A stretch of DNA of 64,000 bases from an uncultured bacterium (GCA_963822585.1 CAWGIE010000011.1:1-64000); one strand, 5' to 3'; shown: positions 1-9,901, numbered from the stretch's first letter. A program made the numbers and translations. Notes: generated from the letters alone by a model not told the origin.

Positions 1-34
1 GTTAGACAGTCGAAAAAAGAAACCGGAGAGAAGA

Positions 35-670
35 ATGGATCAAGAAGACATCAACGCGGTTTACAAGCGCGCTGGCCTCACTCACCAATTGGGCTTTGGC
101 CTGCGCCCGGCATTATTGATTGTAGACATGCAGATCGGTTTTACCGATCCTGAAAAATCCGCAATTGCAGGCAACTTCGGCAGCCAGATAGAGACTATTA
201 ACAAGCTCATCTCGGTAGCAAGGGCCAAAGAAACACCCGTAATTTTCGCTGCCATAGCCTACGAACCAGAAAAACAGGCTGATGGTGGCTTGTGGATTAA
301 AAAAATACCTACATTGCGTAGACTTGTTCGAGGAAGTGAATTTGTCGAGATAGACCCGCGATTGAAAAGTGATCCTGAAGACCTCATTATTTATAAAAAC
401 TTTCCTTCAGCATTTTTCGGAACCAGCTTGTATTCAATATTGTCGGCAAAAGGAATCGACACTCTGATAATCACCGGTTGCACGACTAGCGGATGTATCC
501 GTGCAACTGTTGTTGACGCCATATCATACGGTTTCCGCCCTATTATTCCTCTGGAAGCAATAGGAGACCGGGCACAGAAACCACATGAAGCAAATATCTT
601 CGATATCAATGCCAAGTATGGAGATGTCGTAGTGATAGATGTAGCGCTTAATTACTTTAGGAACCTTTGA
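35..670 (+). CDS. Isochorismatase/cysteine hydrolase family amidohydrolase (N-carbamoylsarcosine amidase/maleamate amidohydrolase-like); integron cassette 1
   Basis: Motifs LLIVDMQ, YKNFPSAFFGT, TGCTTSGCIRATVVDA (Asp-Lys-Cys triad); RBS GGAGAG; AT-richer than neighbours. Confidence 0.9.
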   Translation: MDQEDINAVYKRAGLTHQLGFGLRPALLIVDMQIGFTDPEKSAIAGNFGSQIETINKLISVARAKETPVIFAAIAYEPEKQADGGLWIKKIPTLRRLVRGSEFVEIDPRLKSDPEDLIIYKNFPSAFFGTSLYSILSAKGIDTLIITGCTTSGCIRATVVDAISYGFRPIIPLEAIGDRAQKPHEANIFDINAKYGDVVVIDVALNYFRNL

Positions 671-674
671 GTCT

Positions 675-808
675 GTCTATCCCATCGCCGCACCTGCCCT
701 GAGAAACGCTGTTTTTTCATTTGGGAGCCGCAGGTGTGGCAAATGCCGGCAGTTGTTTTGGTGCGGCAGTGCTGTAGTTTTCTCAGGCGGGTAAGCTTTG
801 CGTTATGC
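675..808 (+). mobile_element. attC site 1 (degenerate R'' box)
   Basis: Starts 4 nt after the stop. GTCTATC (675-681) is one mismatch from the complement of GTTAGAC at position 1. Arms CACCTGCCCTGAGAAA / TTTCTCAGGCGGGTA; ends GTTATGC (802-808). Confidence 0.75.
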
Positions 809-837
809 CGCTCCTTGATACTTGGTAGACCATTAAC

Positions 838-2115
838 ATGACTCAGACTCAATCCAAGCTCGGCTTCAACGCGACATGGTCGATGGCCGTAGGTGGTATG
901 GTCGGCGGTGGTATCTTCTCGACACTCGGTGTGGTTGTCGGGATCGCCGGTGCATGGGCATGGCTCAGCTTCGCAGCCGCGGGTCTCATCGCCCTGGCCG
1001 CAGGGTATAGCTACGTGAAACTCGCCGCTTATTACGGCGAAGGGGGCGGAGCGTTCACTTTTCTCCGCGAGATCAATGCAGAGGGGTTCGCCGGCAGCCT
1101 CTCGTGGGTTCTCATCGTCGGGTACGTGCTCACAAATGCGGTGTATGCGTTCACATTCGGGGAGTACCTTGGGAATGTCGCGGGGCTCGGGCCATGGTTT
1201 CCACGTACGGCTGCCATTGCCATCGTGGCTTTGTTTGTCGGGCTAAACCTGCGGGGCGTCGGTGAGGCGGGCGGTGTCGAGGTGTTTCTCGTGTGGTTCA
1301 AACTGGTCGTGCTTGTGGGGCTGGCCGGATGGGGGCTCTCACAGTGGGATCCCCGGATGCTCTCGCGGGGTGTGCCGGACGCCGGGATCGGCGCCGCGCT
1401 ATTCGGTGCGGCTTCCGTGTTCATGGCCTACGAAGGATTTCAACTGCTGACCTACGATTACCAGGACATTAACGCCCCGAAGAAGACGCTGCCCCGCGCG
1501 TTGCTGTCGGCGATCGTCGTTGTAATCGTCGTCTACGTTATCGTTGCCCTTGGTACGGCAATGCTGATCGGTGCGGGCCAGGTAGTGCGGCACAAGGAGG
1601 TCGCGTTGGCCATCGCGGGGCGGCAGGCATTCGGAACCGTGGGCGTCGTTGTCGTCACGATTGCCGCGGCATTCTCCACCGGGTCGGCCATCAACGCCAC
1701 GCTCTTTGCCACCGCACGACTCGCGTGCAAGGTGGCCGGGGATGGGGAGTTCCCGGCCGCACTGGAACACAAAAACATGGCGGGCATACCGGATCGGGCG
1801 GTGATCGGGCTGGGTACGGCGGCAGCGGCTCTTGCCGTTCTGGGAACGCTCACCTTTCTCGTTGAGGCCGCCAGCCTCGCATTTCTATTCACGTTTGCCT
1901 TTGTGTGCGGGCTCGCTTTTCGTCAGCGGGCAGGCTGGCGGGGGGTAACAGGGTTTGGTGCGCTGGCGGGGGCCGCTGCTTTAGTCGCCCTAGTCGTTCG
2001 CTTGATTCAAACTGACCCGCTGGCGCTCGCTCTCCTCGGCTTACTGGTGCTCATCGCCTTCTTCGGTCGTCCGGTGCTGCTCCACCACGTAAAGACGGAA
2101 AGCCGTCGTAGCTGA
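838..2115 (+). CDS. APC-family amino acid permease; integron cassette 2
   Basis: About 12 hydrophobic segments, TM1 GGMVGGGIF, TM6 FMAYEGFQ. Confidence 0.9.
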   Translation: MTQTQSKLGFNATWSMAVGGMVGGGIFSTLGVVVGIAGAWAWLSFAAAGLIALAAGYSYVKLAAYYGEGGGAFTFLREINAEGFAGSLSWVLIVGYVLTNAVYAFTFGEYLGNVAGLGPWFPRTAAIAIVALFVGLNLRGVGEAGGVEVFLVWFKLVVLVGLAGWGLSQWDPRMLSRGVPDAGIGAALFGAASVFMAYEGFQLLTYDYQDINAPKKTLPRALLSAIVVVIVVYVIVALGTAMLIGAGQVVRHKEVALAIAGRQAFGTVGVVVVTIAAAFSTGSAINATLFATARLACKVAGDGEFPAALEHKNMAGIPDRAVIGLGTAAAALAVLGTLTFLVEAASLAFLFTFAFVCGLAFRQRAGWRGVTGFGALAGAAALVALVVRLIQTDPLALALLGLLVLIAFFGRPVLLHHVKTESRRS

Positions 2116-2147
2116 GCGGGCAGATATAGGTCTTGCTCCACGACGCG

Positions 2148-2219
2148 GTATAACAAGGTGCTTCACCTGACCGCTATTCCGCTACGCTCCATAGCGGCAG
2201 GTGAGCTTGGTCGTTGAAC
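2148..2219 (+). mobile_element. attC site 2
   Basis: GTATAAC ... CACCTGACCGCTAT / ATAGCGGCAGGTG (one unpaired base) ... GTTGAAC. GCGGTATAAC is a 9/10 complement of the cassette's own 5' end GTTATGCCGC. Confidence 0.92.
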
Positions 2220-2258
2220 TGAGAAACGGAGACCCTACCCAACCCAGGAGGATGACAG

Positions 2259-3206
2259 ATGTCAAAGATTGCGATCGTGCAACAAGCCCCCGTACTTCTT
2301 GACCGTGCGGCCACCCTCGAGAAGGTGGTCGCCGCCGCCGCAGAGGCAGCATCAGGTGGTGCAGAGCTTGTAGTATTCCCCGAAGCATTTGTTCCCGGGT
2401 ATCCAGCATGGATCTGGCGCCTCCGCCCTGGTGGCGATATGGCGCTAACGGAAACGTTGTACGCCAGACTCTTTGGAAACGCCGTGAGCCTCGCACGTGA
2501 CGATCTTGCCCCGCTTCGCAGCGCAGCACGGGAGCACGGCATTACCATTGTGTGTGGAATAAATGAGGTCGATGACAACACCAGTCGCACGACGCTCTAC
2601 AATACGGTGGTCACGGTTGGACCGGATGGGAGGTTGCTGAACCGTCACCGGAAAGTCATGCCGACGAACGCGGAACGAATGGTATGGGGCTTTGGAGACG
2701 GCACCGGCTTGAAGGTGGTGGATACTCCGTGCGGCCGCATAGGTGCCCTTATTTGCTGGGAGAATTACATGCCCCAAGCGCGGCTGGCCTTGTACGCCCA
2801 TGGCATCCAGATCTACATCGCACCCACCTTTGATGAAGGAGACACGTGGGTGGCGTCGATGCAGCACATTGCCCGCGAGGGGCGCTGTTGGGTGATCGGA
2901 AGCGGGTTCGCGTTGTGTGCCCGCGATATCCCCGAAAACGTTCCGGGAAGAGACACCATCTTTCCAGACCCGGATGAATGGGTGAACCCGGGTGACTCTG
3001 TCATCGTGTCGCCCGGCGGTGCTATTGTCGCCGGTCCTCTGCGTGAGGAGTATGGCGTACTCTACGCTGACCTAGATCTTGACCAGATTGTCACGGCCCG
3101 GAGAGCCTTCGATGTGTCGGGCCACTACGCGCGGCCCGATATATTCCAGTTACACGTAAACAATCAGCCGCTGGAACCTGTTGTCTTTGACGCTGATAGG
3201 AGCTGA
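2259..3206 (+). CDS. Nitrilase (carbon-nitrogen hydrolase family); integron cassette 3
   Basis: Triad motifs VFPEAF, HRKVMPT, ICWENY; C-terminal FDVSGHYARPDIF; RBS AGGAGG. Confidence 0.92.
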   Translation: MSKIAIVQQAPVLLDRAATLEKVVAAAAEAASGGAELVVFPEAFVPGYPAWIWRLRPGGDMALTETLYARLFGNAVSLARDDLAPLRSAAREHGITIVCGINEVDDNTSRTTLYNTVVTVGPDGRLLNRHRKVMPTNAERMVWGFGDGTGLKVVDTPCGRIGALICWENYMPQARLALYAHGIQIYIAPTFDEGDTWVASMQHIAREGRCWVIGSGFALCARDIPENVPGRDTIFPDPDEWVNPGDSVIVSPGGAIVAGPLREEYGVLYADLDLDQIVTARRAFDVSGHYARPDIFQLHVNNQPLEPVVFDADRS

Positions 3207-3210
3207 CCGC

Positions 3211-3287
3211 GTTCAACCAGAGCAGGGATGATACAAAATGAACCGCGCGGACGCTGTTCATTTTGCCCATCATGCTTTTCGTTGCCA
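3211..3287 (+). mobile_element. attC site 3
   Basis: GTTCAAC 4 nt after the stop is the exact complement of the cassette start GTTGAAC; stem CAAAATGAAC / GTTCATTTTG; ends GTTGCCA. Confidence 0.8.
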
Positions 3288-3334
3288 GTGGCGGCAAGAG
3301 TACCTACAACTTTACCGGCAAGGAGTAGCGGCTA

Positions 3335-4225
3335 ATGTCCAACGGCGAAACCCCCGCCATCCCGCCTGTCGGGATGGAGAGATACCGAATGAACAAGCGG
3401 ACGATGAATAACGAATATCTCGCGACGGGTTTTGCCGAGGTGGACGACAGTAACGATACGGCGGTGTACACGAAATGCCTCGCCCTGCTCGACTCACTGC
3501 CGTACTACCGAGAGTGCAAGCAACGCGGCTACGAACTGCTCGCTCTTTCCAGCGGCCTCTCCGTTCTGGATGTCGGTTGCGGACTCGGTGACGACGCCGC
3601 CCGCCTGGTCCCCCGGGTCGGTCCCGGCGGCCTGGTCGTGGGTGTGGACGCAAGCGTTCGCATGATCGAGGAAGCCGTCGGGCGGCACCCGGCCGACGGG
3701 CATGCCGGATTCGTCCCGGCGGATGCCCGGGCTCTTCCTTTCCGGGATGAAAGCTTCGCGTGCTGCCGGATAGACCGAACGCTGCAGCACATCGAAGACC
3801 CCCAACGGGCGATCCGGGAAATGGTCCGGGTTCTGGCACCGGGCGGCGTATTGCTCGCCTACGACAATGATTGGGGAACATTTACTATCAGCGGAAGCGA
3901 TAACGGAACCACACGGATCATCGAGAAGCTCTGGGGGGACTCGTTCACGAACAGGTGGATCGGCAGATATTTAAAGCGTTATTTCCTTGAGGCCGGACTG
4001 CGCAAGGTGGCGATAGAGCCCTCGGTTTCCATACTGACCGACTTTAAACTCGCCGATCGTGTCTATGATCTGGGGAAGACGGTTCAGCGCGCGGTGCAAG
4101 CCGGACGCCTCGTTCCGGCGATGGCCGAGGAGTGGCTATCGGGGTTGCAGGCCCTGAGCCGGTCCGGCGGTTTTCTTTGCTCCCTTACCGCCTATACGGT
4201 AACGGGGTTGAAACCGACGCGATAG
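3335..4225 (+). CDS. Class I SAM-dependent methyltransferase (UbiE-like); start may be 3389 or 3404
   Basis: VLDVGCGLG, ADARALPF, RTLQHIEDP...EMVRVLAPGG. Confidence 0.88.
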   Translation: MSNGETPAIPPVGMERYRMNKRTMNNEYLATGFAEVDDSNDTAVYTKCLALLDSLPYYRECKQRGYELLALSSGLSVLDVGCGLGDDAARLVPRVGPGGLVVGVDASVRMIEEAVGRHPADGHAGFVPADARALPFRDESFACCRIDRTLQHIEDPQRAIREMVRVLAPGGVLLAYDNDWGTFTISGSDNGTTRIIEKLWGDSFTNRWIGRYLKRYFLEAGLRKVAIEPSVSILTDFKLADRVYDLGKTVQRAVQAGRLVPAMAEEWLSGLQALSRSGGFLCSLTAYTVTGLKPTR

Positions 4226-4263
4226 TGGATAACCACTCTATAATCAGACGGCAATAAACCACC

Positions 4264-4295
4264 CCACCGGACCAGGCCATTGCCCGGTCCGGTGG
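4264..4295. other. GC-rich hairpin (terminator or decayed attC)
   Basis: CCACCGGACC ... GGTCCGGTGG; no U-tract and no clean GTT core. Confidence 0.35.
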
Positions 4296-4390
4296 TAACG
4301 CTTGAAGATTTTCTGAAAATAATACATAATCACCCGGCTCGTTCATAGAGTTTCAGTTTTCATGAATACCACCCATCAAAGGAGGGCGGC

Positions 4391-4696
4391 ATGCTGATCG
4401 TACTCGTCTTTATCCACGTCAAGGCGGACAAGGTGGAAGAATTTAAGGAGATCACTCTGGACAACGCCCGCAACAGTCTCCAGGAGCCGGGGTTCCTCCG
4501 GTTCGACGTTATCCAGCAGCAGTCCGATCCCACCCGGTTCGTCCTCTGCGAGGCCTACCGCGATCCGGACGTTCCGGTCCGGCACAAGGAGACGGATCAT
4601 TACAACCGCTGGAGAGAGACCGTGACCGACATGATGGCCGAACCGCGCTACAGTATCAAATATGACAATGTGTTTCCGGACGAAGAAAGTTGGTGA
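4391..4696 (+). CDS. ABM-domain protein (LsrG/quinol monooxygenase-like)
   Basis: NARNSLQEPGFLRFDV...HKETDHYNRWR; RBS AAGGAGG. Confidence 0.88.
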   Translation: MLIVLVFIHVKADKVEEFKEITLDNARNSLQEPGFLRFDVIQQQSDPTRFVLCEAYRDPDVPVRHKETDHYNRWRETVTDMMAEPRYSIKYDNVFPDEESW

Positions 4697-4730
4697 AGGT
4701 TCGGTGGATAGCTGAAAATGATATTGACCG

Positions 4731-4821
4731 GAATGGAGTGTTGGAGTATTGGAATAATGGTTCCCCATTGGCCGCTCGCGGCCGAGTCCCTCACTCCATC
4801 ATTCCAGTACTCCATCACTCC
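4731..4821. repeat. Octamer-based (GGAGTRTT/GGARTGAT) inverted-repeat element
   Basis: GGAGTGTTGGAGTATTGGAATAATGG ... CACTCCATCATTCCAGTACTCCATCACTCC; relatives at 37506-38072 and 49862-49960. Confidence 0.75.
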
Positions 4822-4868
4822 ATTGTGTTTAACCTCGCAATTCTTCTGACGGCACTCATATTGCCATT

Positions 4869-6035
4869 ATGATAACGTCGCCCTTGTTCGAGTTCGCCAC
4901 CGCCGGCCGGATCATCTTCGGGCCCGGCGTCCTCAAACGGGCGGGCGAGCTGGCCGCCGGCCTGGGGAAAAGGTGCTGCGTGATCACGGGCGGCACTCCG
5001 GCCCGTGCCGATATACTCATCAAAGAACTGGCTCGGGCCGGGATCGGCCATTTCATTCTCCCGGTCCGGGGAGAGCCAACCACCGATATCGTCCTCGAAT
5101 TGACGGCCCGGGCCCGCGGAGAAAAATGCGACCTGGTGATCGGGGTCGGCGGGGGGAGCGTGATCGACGCCGGGAAGGTGATCTCGGCCCTGCTGACCAA
5201 TCGAGGCGCACTGACAGACTACCTGGAGGTCATCGGGGCGGGAAAGCCGATCGAGCGTCCACCCGCGCCATACATCGCCATCCCCACCACCGCCGGGACC
5301 GGAGCCGAGGTGACGAAGAACGGCGTCCTGCTCTCGCCCGGCCATCGGGTCAAGGTCAGCATGCGCAGCCCCCTGATGATCCCCCGGGTGGCCCTGATTG
5401 ACCCCTTGCTCACTCTTACCCTGCCTCCGCCGGTGACCGCGGCTACCGGCCTCGACGCCTTCACCCAGCTGCTGGAACCGTATGTCTCCAAGAAGGCAAA
5501 CCCCCTGACCGACGCCATCTGCCGGGAAGGCCTGCGGCGGGCGGCCCGGTCGCTGCAACGGGCCTTTGCAAACGGAAGCGACGTCGCGGCCAGAATCGAC
5601 CTGTCCCTGGCGGCGCTTTTCGGGGGACTGGCCCTGGCCAACGCCGGACTGGGCGCGGCCCACGGATTCGCCGGGCCGCTGGGAGGCATGTTCCGGGCCC
5701 CCCACGGCGTTATCTGCGCCCGCCTCCTCCCTTTTGTCATGGAGACCAATATCCGGGCGCTGGAGGGGCGCGATCCCTCATCTGGCGCGCTCTCTCGCTA
5801 CCGGGAAATCGCGGTCATCGTAACCGGCAAACGGGAGGCAGCGGCCGGGGATGGGGTTTCCTGGGTAAAAAAACTCTGCGATAAGCTGGACATTCCTCCC
5901 CTGTCCCGCTATGGAGTCAGGTTGGAGGACCTCGAAAAGGTGGCGGAGAAAGCGAAGAACTCCAGCAGCATGAAGGGAAACCCGGTAGCGCTGACTGAGG
6001 AAGAATTAGTTGATATCCTCTCCAAAGCTCTCTGA
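4869..6035 (+). CDS. Iron-containing alcohol dehydrogenase
   Basis: GVGGGSVIDAGK, IPTTAGTGAEVT, GLDAFTQLLE, GAAHG, PHG. Confidence 0.93.
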   Translation: MITSPLFEFATAGRIIFGPGVLKRAGELAAGLGKRCCVITGGTPARADILIKELARAGIGHFILPVRGEPTTDIVLELTARARGEKCDLVIGVGGGSVIDAGKVISALLTNRGALTDYLEVIGAGKPIERPPAPYIAIPTTAGTGAEVTKNGVLLSPGHRVKVSMRSPLMIPRVALIDPLLTLTLPPPVTAATGLDAFTQLLEPYVSKKANPLTDAICREGLRRAARSLQRAFANGSDVAARIDLSLAALFGGLALANAGLGAAHGFAGPLGGMFRAPHGVICARLLPFVMETNIRALEGRDPSSGALSRYREIAVIVTGKREAAAGDGVSWVKKLCDKLDIPPLSRYGVRLEDLEKVAEKAKNSSSMKGNPVALTEEELVDILSKAL

Positions 6036-6188
6036 TCCGGGGATAAAAGTAATAAATACATCTCGGGTAATCTCCACTCCGGTCTTGGCTTCAGGTGATA
6101 GGTGAGGGCTTCAGAAGACCGAATAGTACCGGCGGCGCAGCGTACTTCCCGGATAATAAAACCACACCCGAATTGTGCAGTCAAACTT

Positions 6189-6224
6189 GTGGACAGATCC
6201 ATACGATCGTATAGATCTGTCCAC
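6189..6224. repeat. 36-bp palindrome A, downstream of the PaaX-like gene
   Basis: GTGGACAGATCCATACGA|TCGTATAGATCTGTCCAC, one mismatch, no loop. Confidence 0.95.
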
Positions 6225-6262
6225 TGTCTTATTGTCGATCTTTAAGGCTACGGTCCAGCAGC

Positions 6263-7042
6263 TCAGTTTAAATTTAAATGAAAGATATTCCTGACTCGCT
6301 GGATAAGTTGGAGCGCTTCTTTCTGACTCCATCCCGAAGGCAATAGCTGGTCGGGCAAATGAGGATCCCGGGCGGCGATAGTTTGATAATCCCATACCAG
6401 CGAATCTAATAAACTTCTTCCAAATTCGGAATTGGATTGAGTTCTAGCGACCTTTTTCCGCTGAAACTGATTAAGCCGAACTGAATATGTTTTAACAAGC
6501 TCCCGGTATCGTGAGTTTATGGTCTTGAGGGGCCAGAATATTCGAACCAAATCAAGATCATTTAATCCGCGAAACCCGGTAACCGTTATCTGATAAACGT
6601 AATCGGTTAACTTCATTTTTTTAGAGAAATGATCTACCATTCTCCCGAAGTCATAGGGAGTGATCCAGATACTTCTCTGGACCATACCGAATCCCAGACT
6701 CTTAAGATAATCCCTGAGATATCCTCTTACCGGGCCTCTTTTCTCCGGAATATCAAATATCACCACCCGCCATTTCCCGTCCCAGTATCGGCGGAGCCTC
6801 CTCACTGATTTCCTATGCTCCCTGACTATTTTTTTCCCTTTCTCAGTAAGCTTCAGATACATATTTTTCTCTTTCCAGTCTTTTTTCAGGAGGCCTTGTT
6901 TCTCTAGTCGGGCTACGGCCTTATAGAAACTATTTACATGATACTGCTGATTCCCCCAGCAGAGCTCATAGGGAGACATCAGATAATATAATCCGCCGTA
7001 TAAGTTGATTAGAATTTCTTCTTTGAGAGTCGGCATGCACAT
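6263..7042 (-). CDS. PaaX-like protein (winged HTH + Cas2-like central domain + PaaX C-terminal domain)
   Basis: AVARLEKQGLL...LTEKG; WDGKWRVVIFDIPE...LGFGMVQRSIWITP; DPHLPDQLLPSGW; visibly AT-richer than flanks. Confidence 0.88.
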   Translation of the reverse strand: MCMPTLKEEILINLYGGLYYLMSPYELCWGNQQYHVNSFYKAVARLEKQGLLKKDWKEKNMYLKLTEKGKKIVREHRKSVRRLRRYWDGKWRVVIFDIPEKRGPVRGYLRDYLKSLGFGMVQRSIWITPYDFGRMVDHFSKKMKLTDYVYQITVTGFRGLNDLDLVRIFWPLKTINSRYRELVKTYSVRLNQFQRKKVARTQSNSEFGRSLLDSLVWDYQTIAARDPHLPDQLLPSGWSQKEALQLIQRVRNIFHLNLN

Positions 7043-7050
7043 ACCTCTTA

Positions 7051-7092
7051 TTAGTGGACATTTTCATACGATCGTATGAAAATGTCCACTAA
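7051..7092. repeat. 42-bp perfect palindrome B (36-bp core 7054-7089), upstream of the PaaX-like gene
   Basis: TTAGTGGACATTTTCATACGA|TCGTATGAAAATGTCCACTAA. Confidence 0.95.
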
Positions 7093-7173
7093 CAAGATTC
7101 TGATAACCGGACATTACCGGTATTGTCAATACTGCCTATTGAGCACTACTTACCGCCCGCTGCGTACTATTCA

Positions 7174-7303
<130 letters not shown>

Positions 7304-7306
<3 letters not shown>

Positions 7307-9718
7307 ACGCCTCTCCGGTATCTTCAGCTCCTGACCGACCGTGAGCCGGTCGGGGCCGGGGAGAGTGTCCCGGTTGGCCCGGTAGATAAGCTGCCAGGCG
7401 GCGCGATCCCCGTACACCTCGCCGGCGATCTTCGAGAGGGTGTCTCCTTTCCTGACGGTATATCGTTTCGGGGCTGAAGCTTTTTCTTTCTTCGCCGGAC
7501 GGGGGGAAGAAACTGCCCGGGCCGGGGGGGCCTTCGCGGCGGGAAGGGCCGGCGGGGATGCAATTTCGGCCGGACCGGGGGCGGATTCTGCCGGCATCGG
7601 TTCGCCGGCCAGGGCCTGATAGGCCCGGTAGCGGTCACGGATGGCGCTCACGTAGTTGACCGGCTCCCGGCCGCGGATATAGCCGTGCCGGGCTTTTTTC
7701 GCGTATTCCGGCTGGGAGAGAAGCAGCATGGCCTTCTCCACGTTGTCGAACCAGGCGTGACTGTTCCAGTTCATCTGCCGGGCGAGACGGCGAGCGTCCT
7801 GGAGATGGCCGATGCCGGCGTTATACGCCGCCAGGGTGAACCAGACGCGGTTGAGAAGATCAGCGCTTTTATCAAGTTGGCCGCGGGTCCAGTCCATGTA
7901 CTTTACCCCGGCGTGGAGCCCGGTCTCGGGGTGTTCCAGGTCCGTGAATCCGAATTCTTCGGCGGTCTTCGGCATCACCTGCATCAGGCCAAGGGCGCCG
8001 GCCCAGGACCGGGCACGGGGATTGAAACGGCTCTCCTGATACATCTGGGCGACGATCAGCCTCCAGAAAAAATCGTACCGGGCGGCAAACTTTTTAACGA
8101 GATCGTCGTAGGGGGAAATCTTCCCCTCCTTCATCACCGCCTCGTATTCTTCGACCCCCTGCTTTACCGCCCGGGGATTATTGAAATATTTCTTATACGT
8201 GATATTGTAGAAAACCCCGCGGTATTCCCGGTCGAAAAACGCGTTGACGGCGGCCAGGAGCCCCCCGTCCTCCGCCCTCACCGCCCAGCCGTGGGCCACT
8301 TCCCCACTGATCGGGAAAACTCCCTTGATATCGTCCCGGTAACTTGTTTCCAGCTCGAGGATCTGGGTGTCGGCCACGGTCAGATCGTACTCCCCCGCGG
8401 CTACCTTACGGATAATCTCTTCCGTCTCCATCGCGGGCGGCGCGTCAGCGATCGTTACGTCGATGCCCTGCTTCCGCAGATTTTCCAGGCTCATCCGGTA
8501 GGAGCTGCCGGGCCGGACGACCACGGTCCGGCCGGAAAGGTCTTTCGGAGTCTTCAGATCGCTATCATCGGCCCGGGCCACAACGATCTCCTCGGCGTAA
8601 TGATACGGCCGCGAAAACCGGATCCCCTTCTCTTCCCGAGCCCTGCTGATGGTCATGAAGGCGGCGATCAGGTCTCCCCTCCCCTCCCGGAGCCAGGGGA
8701 TCAGGTCATCATAGGCGGGGACGACGACCACTTCCAGTTTCAGGCCCAGCGATTCGGCGAAGTGCCTGACCAGCTCATATTCGAATCCCAGCAATTCTCC
8801 CCGGAACAGGAAATAGGTGGTGGCGTTGTTGGTGGTGAGCATCCTGAGAACACCCCTCTCCCTGATCCCGGGAAGATCGGCCCGATAGACCCCTCCTCCC
8901 GGGCCGGCGAGGGCGGCTCCTTCCAGGAAACGGTTGACCGCTTGGAGCAGGCCGGGGTTATCGGGCCGGAGACCCCAGGCAATCGCGCGATCGCCGGGCA
9001 GGTCAAGGACCGGCTTGACGTCGGAACGATAGACGAGAGCCACGTCGAGGGCATTGCTGTCTTCGATCGAGAGGTCGGCCTCACCGGAGGCCACCCTGTC
9101 CAGGATTTCGTCGTCGGAAAGATCGCCGGGAATGATCCCGATCTTCAACCCCGGAACTTCTTTTTGCAGACCCCGCAGGGTTTCCAGAAAGGAGGTCCCT
9201 TCCTGGACGGAGACGGTACGGCCGCTGAGGCCGGAAATGTTTTCTATCTTCTTTTCCACGGCACGGCCGACGATTTGTTCACGAGTGTGGGCCAGTGGAT
9301 GGGAAAAGGCTATCTTCCCCTTCCGGGCTTCCGTGACCGTCAGGTTGGCGGCAATAATATCCCCCTTTCCTTCCAGCAGGGCCGGGATCAACTGGTCGAA
9401 ATCATCGACCATGACCAGGACCGGCCGCAGGCCCAGTGAACGCCCGCACCTGATCGCGAGATCTGACTGGCCGCGGAGGGGATCTCCCCGCCGGGGAAGA
9501 TAGTCGTCCGCCAGCCGCGGGGTAAGGATGCGGAACTCTCCTCTCTTCCTGATCGCCTCCACGTCCCCGGTCTCGTCGCGCTCAGCCGCCAGCGGAACAA
9601 CCGCGGCTTGTTCCGGGACAGCCGCCGGTTTGTCATCCTTATCCCCGCAGCCGCCGAGCGTCAGGAGCACAACAAGAACGACGGGAGAAAAAATGAAGGG
9701 AGCGCTATCTCTTCGCAT
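7304..9718 (-). CDS. mltF: MltF-like lytic murein transglycosylase lipoprotein: two SBP family 3 domains, SLT domain, C-terminal LysM
   Basis: Lipobox LTLGGC; two PBP domains; [38 protein letters not shown]...N...[10 protein letters not shown]. Confidence 0.85.
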
Positions 9719-9834
9719 GCCTCATGCCCTCGTCAATAAAGTTAATTAAAACCACGTTTAAAAAAATTTCTGCTGCGGGATTCCCCCGATGGCCATCGGG
9801 ATCCCGATTATCAAAAGATTTGAATAATGTATTT

Positions 9835-9901
9835 GGGCCGACACAGCGGTCGGCCCCTACGTAGGGGCAAGCCGCCGGGCCCTCCCGTCGTTGCAGAGCT
9901 A
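9835..9901. repeat. Back-to-back GTAG-type REP doublet, copy 1
   Basis: GGGCCGACACAGCGGTCGGCCCCTAC-GTAGGGGC...; inverted near-copy at 11033-11099. Confidence 0.8.

Noticed and set aside
3290..3328. Short frame GGKSTYNFTGKE-stop resembling an RHS core motif
   Set aside because: Only 12 codons; too short to distinguish from chance
3288..4300. Methyltransferase as a fourth integron cassette
   Set aside because: No inverse core matching GTTGCCA after the gene and no GTT after the 4264-4295 hairpin; at most a decayed site
6263..7042. cas2 gene with 36-bp CRISPR repeats
   Set aside because: The Cas2-like motif sits between a wHTH and a PaaX C-terminal domain; only two palindromes about 830 bp apart; no cas1
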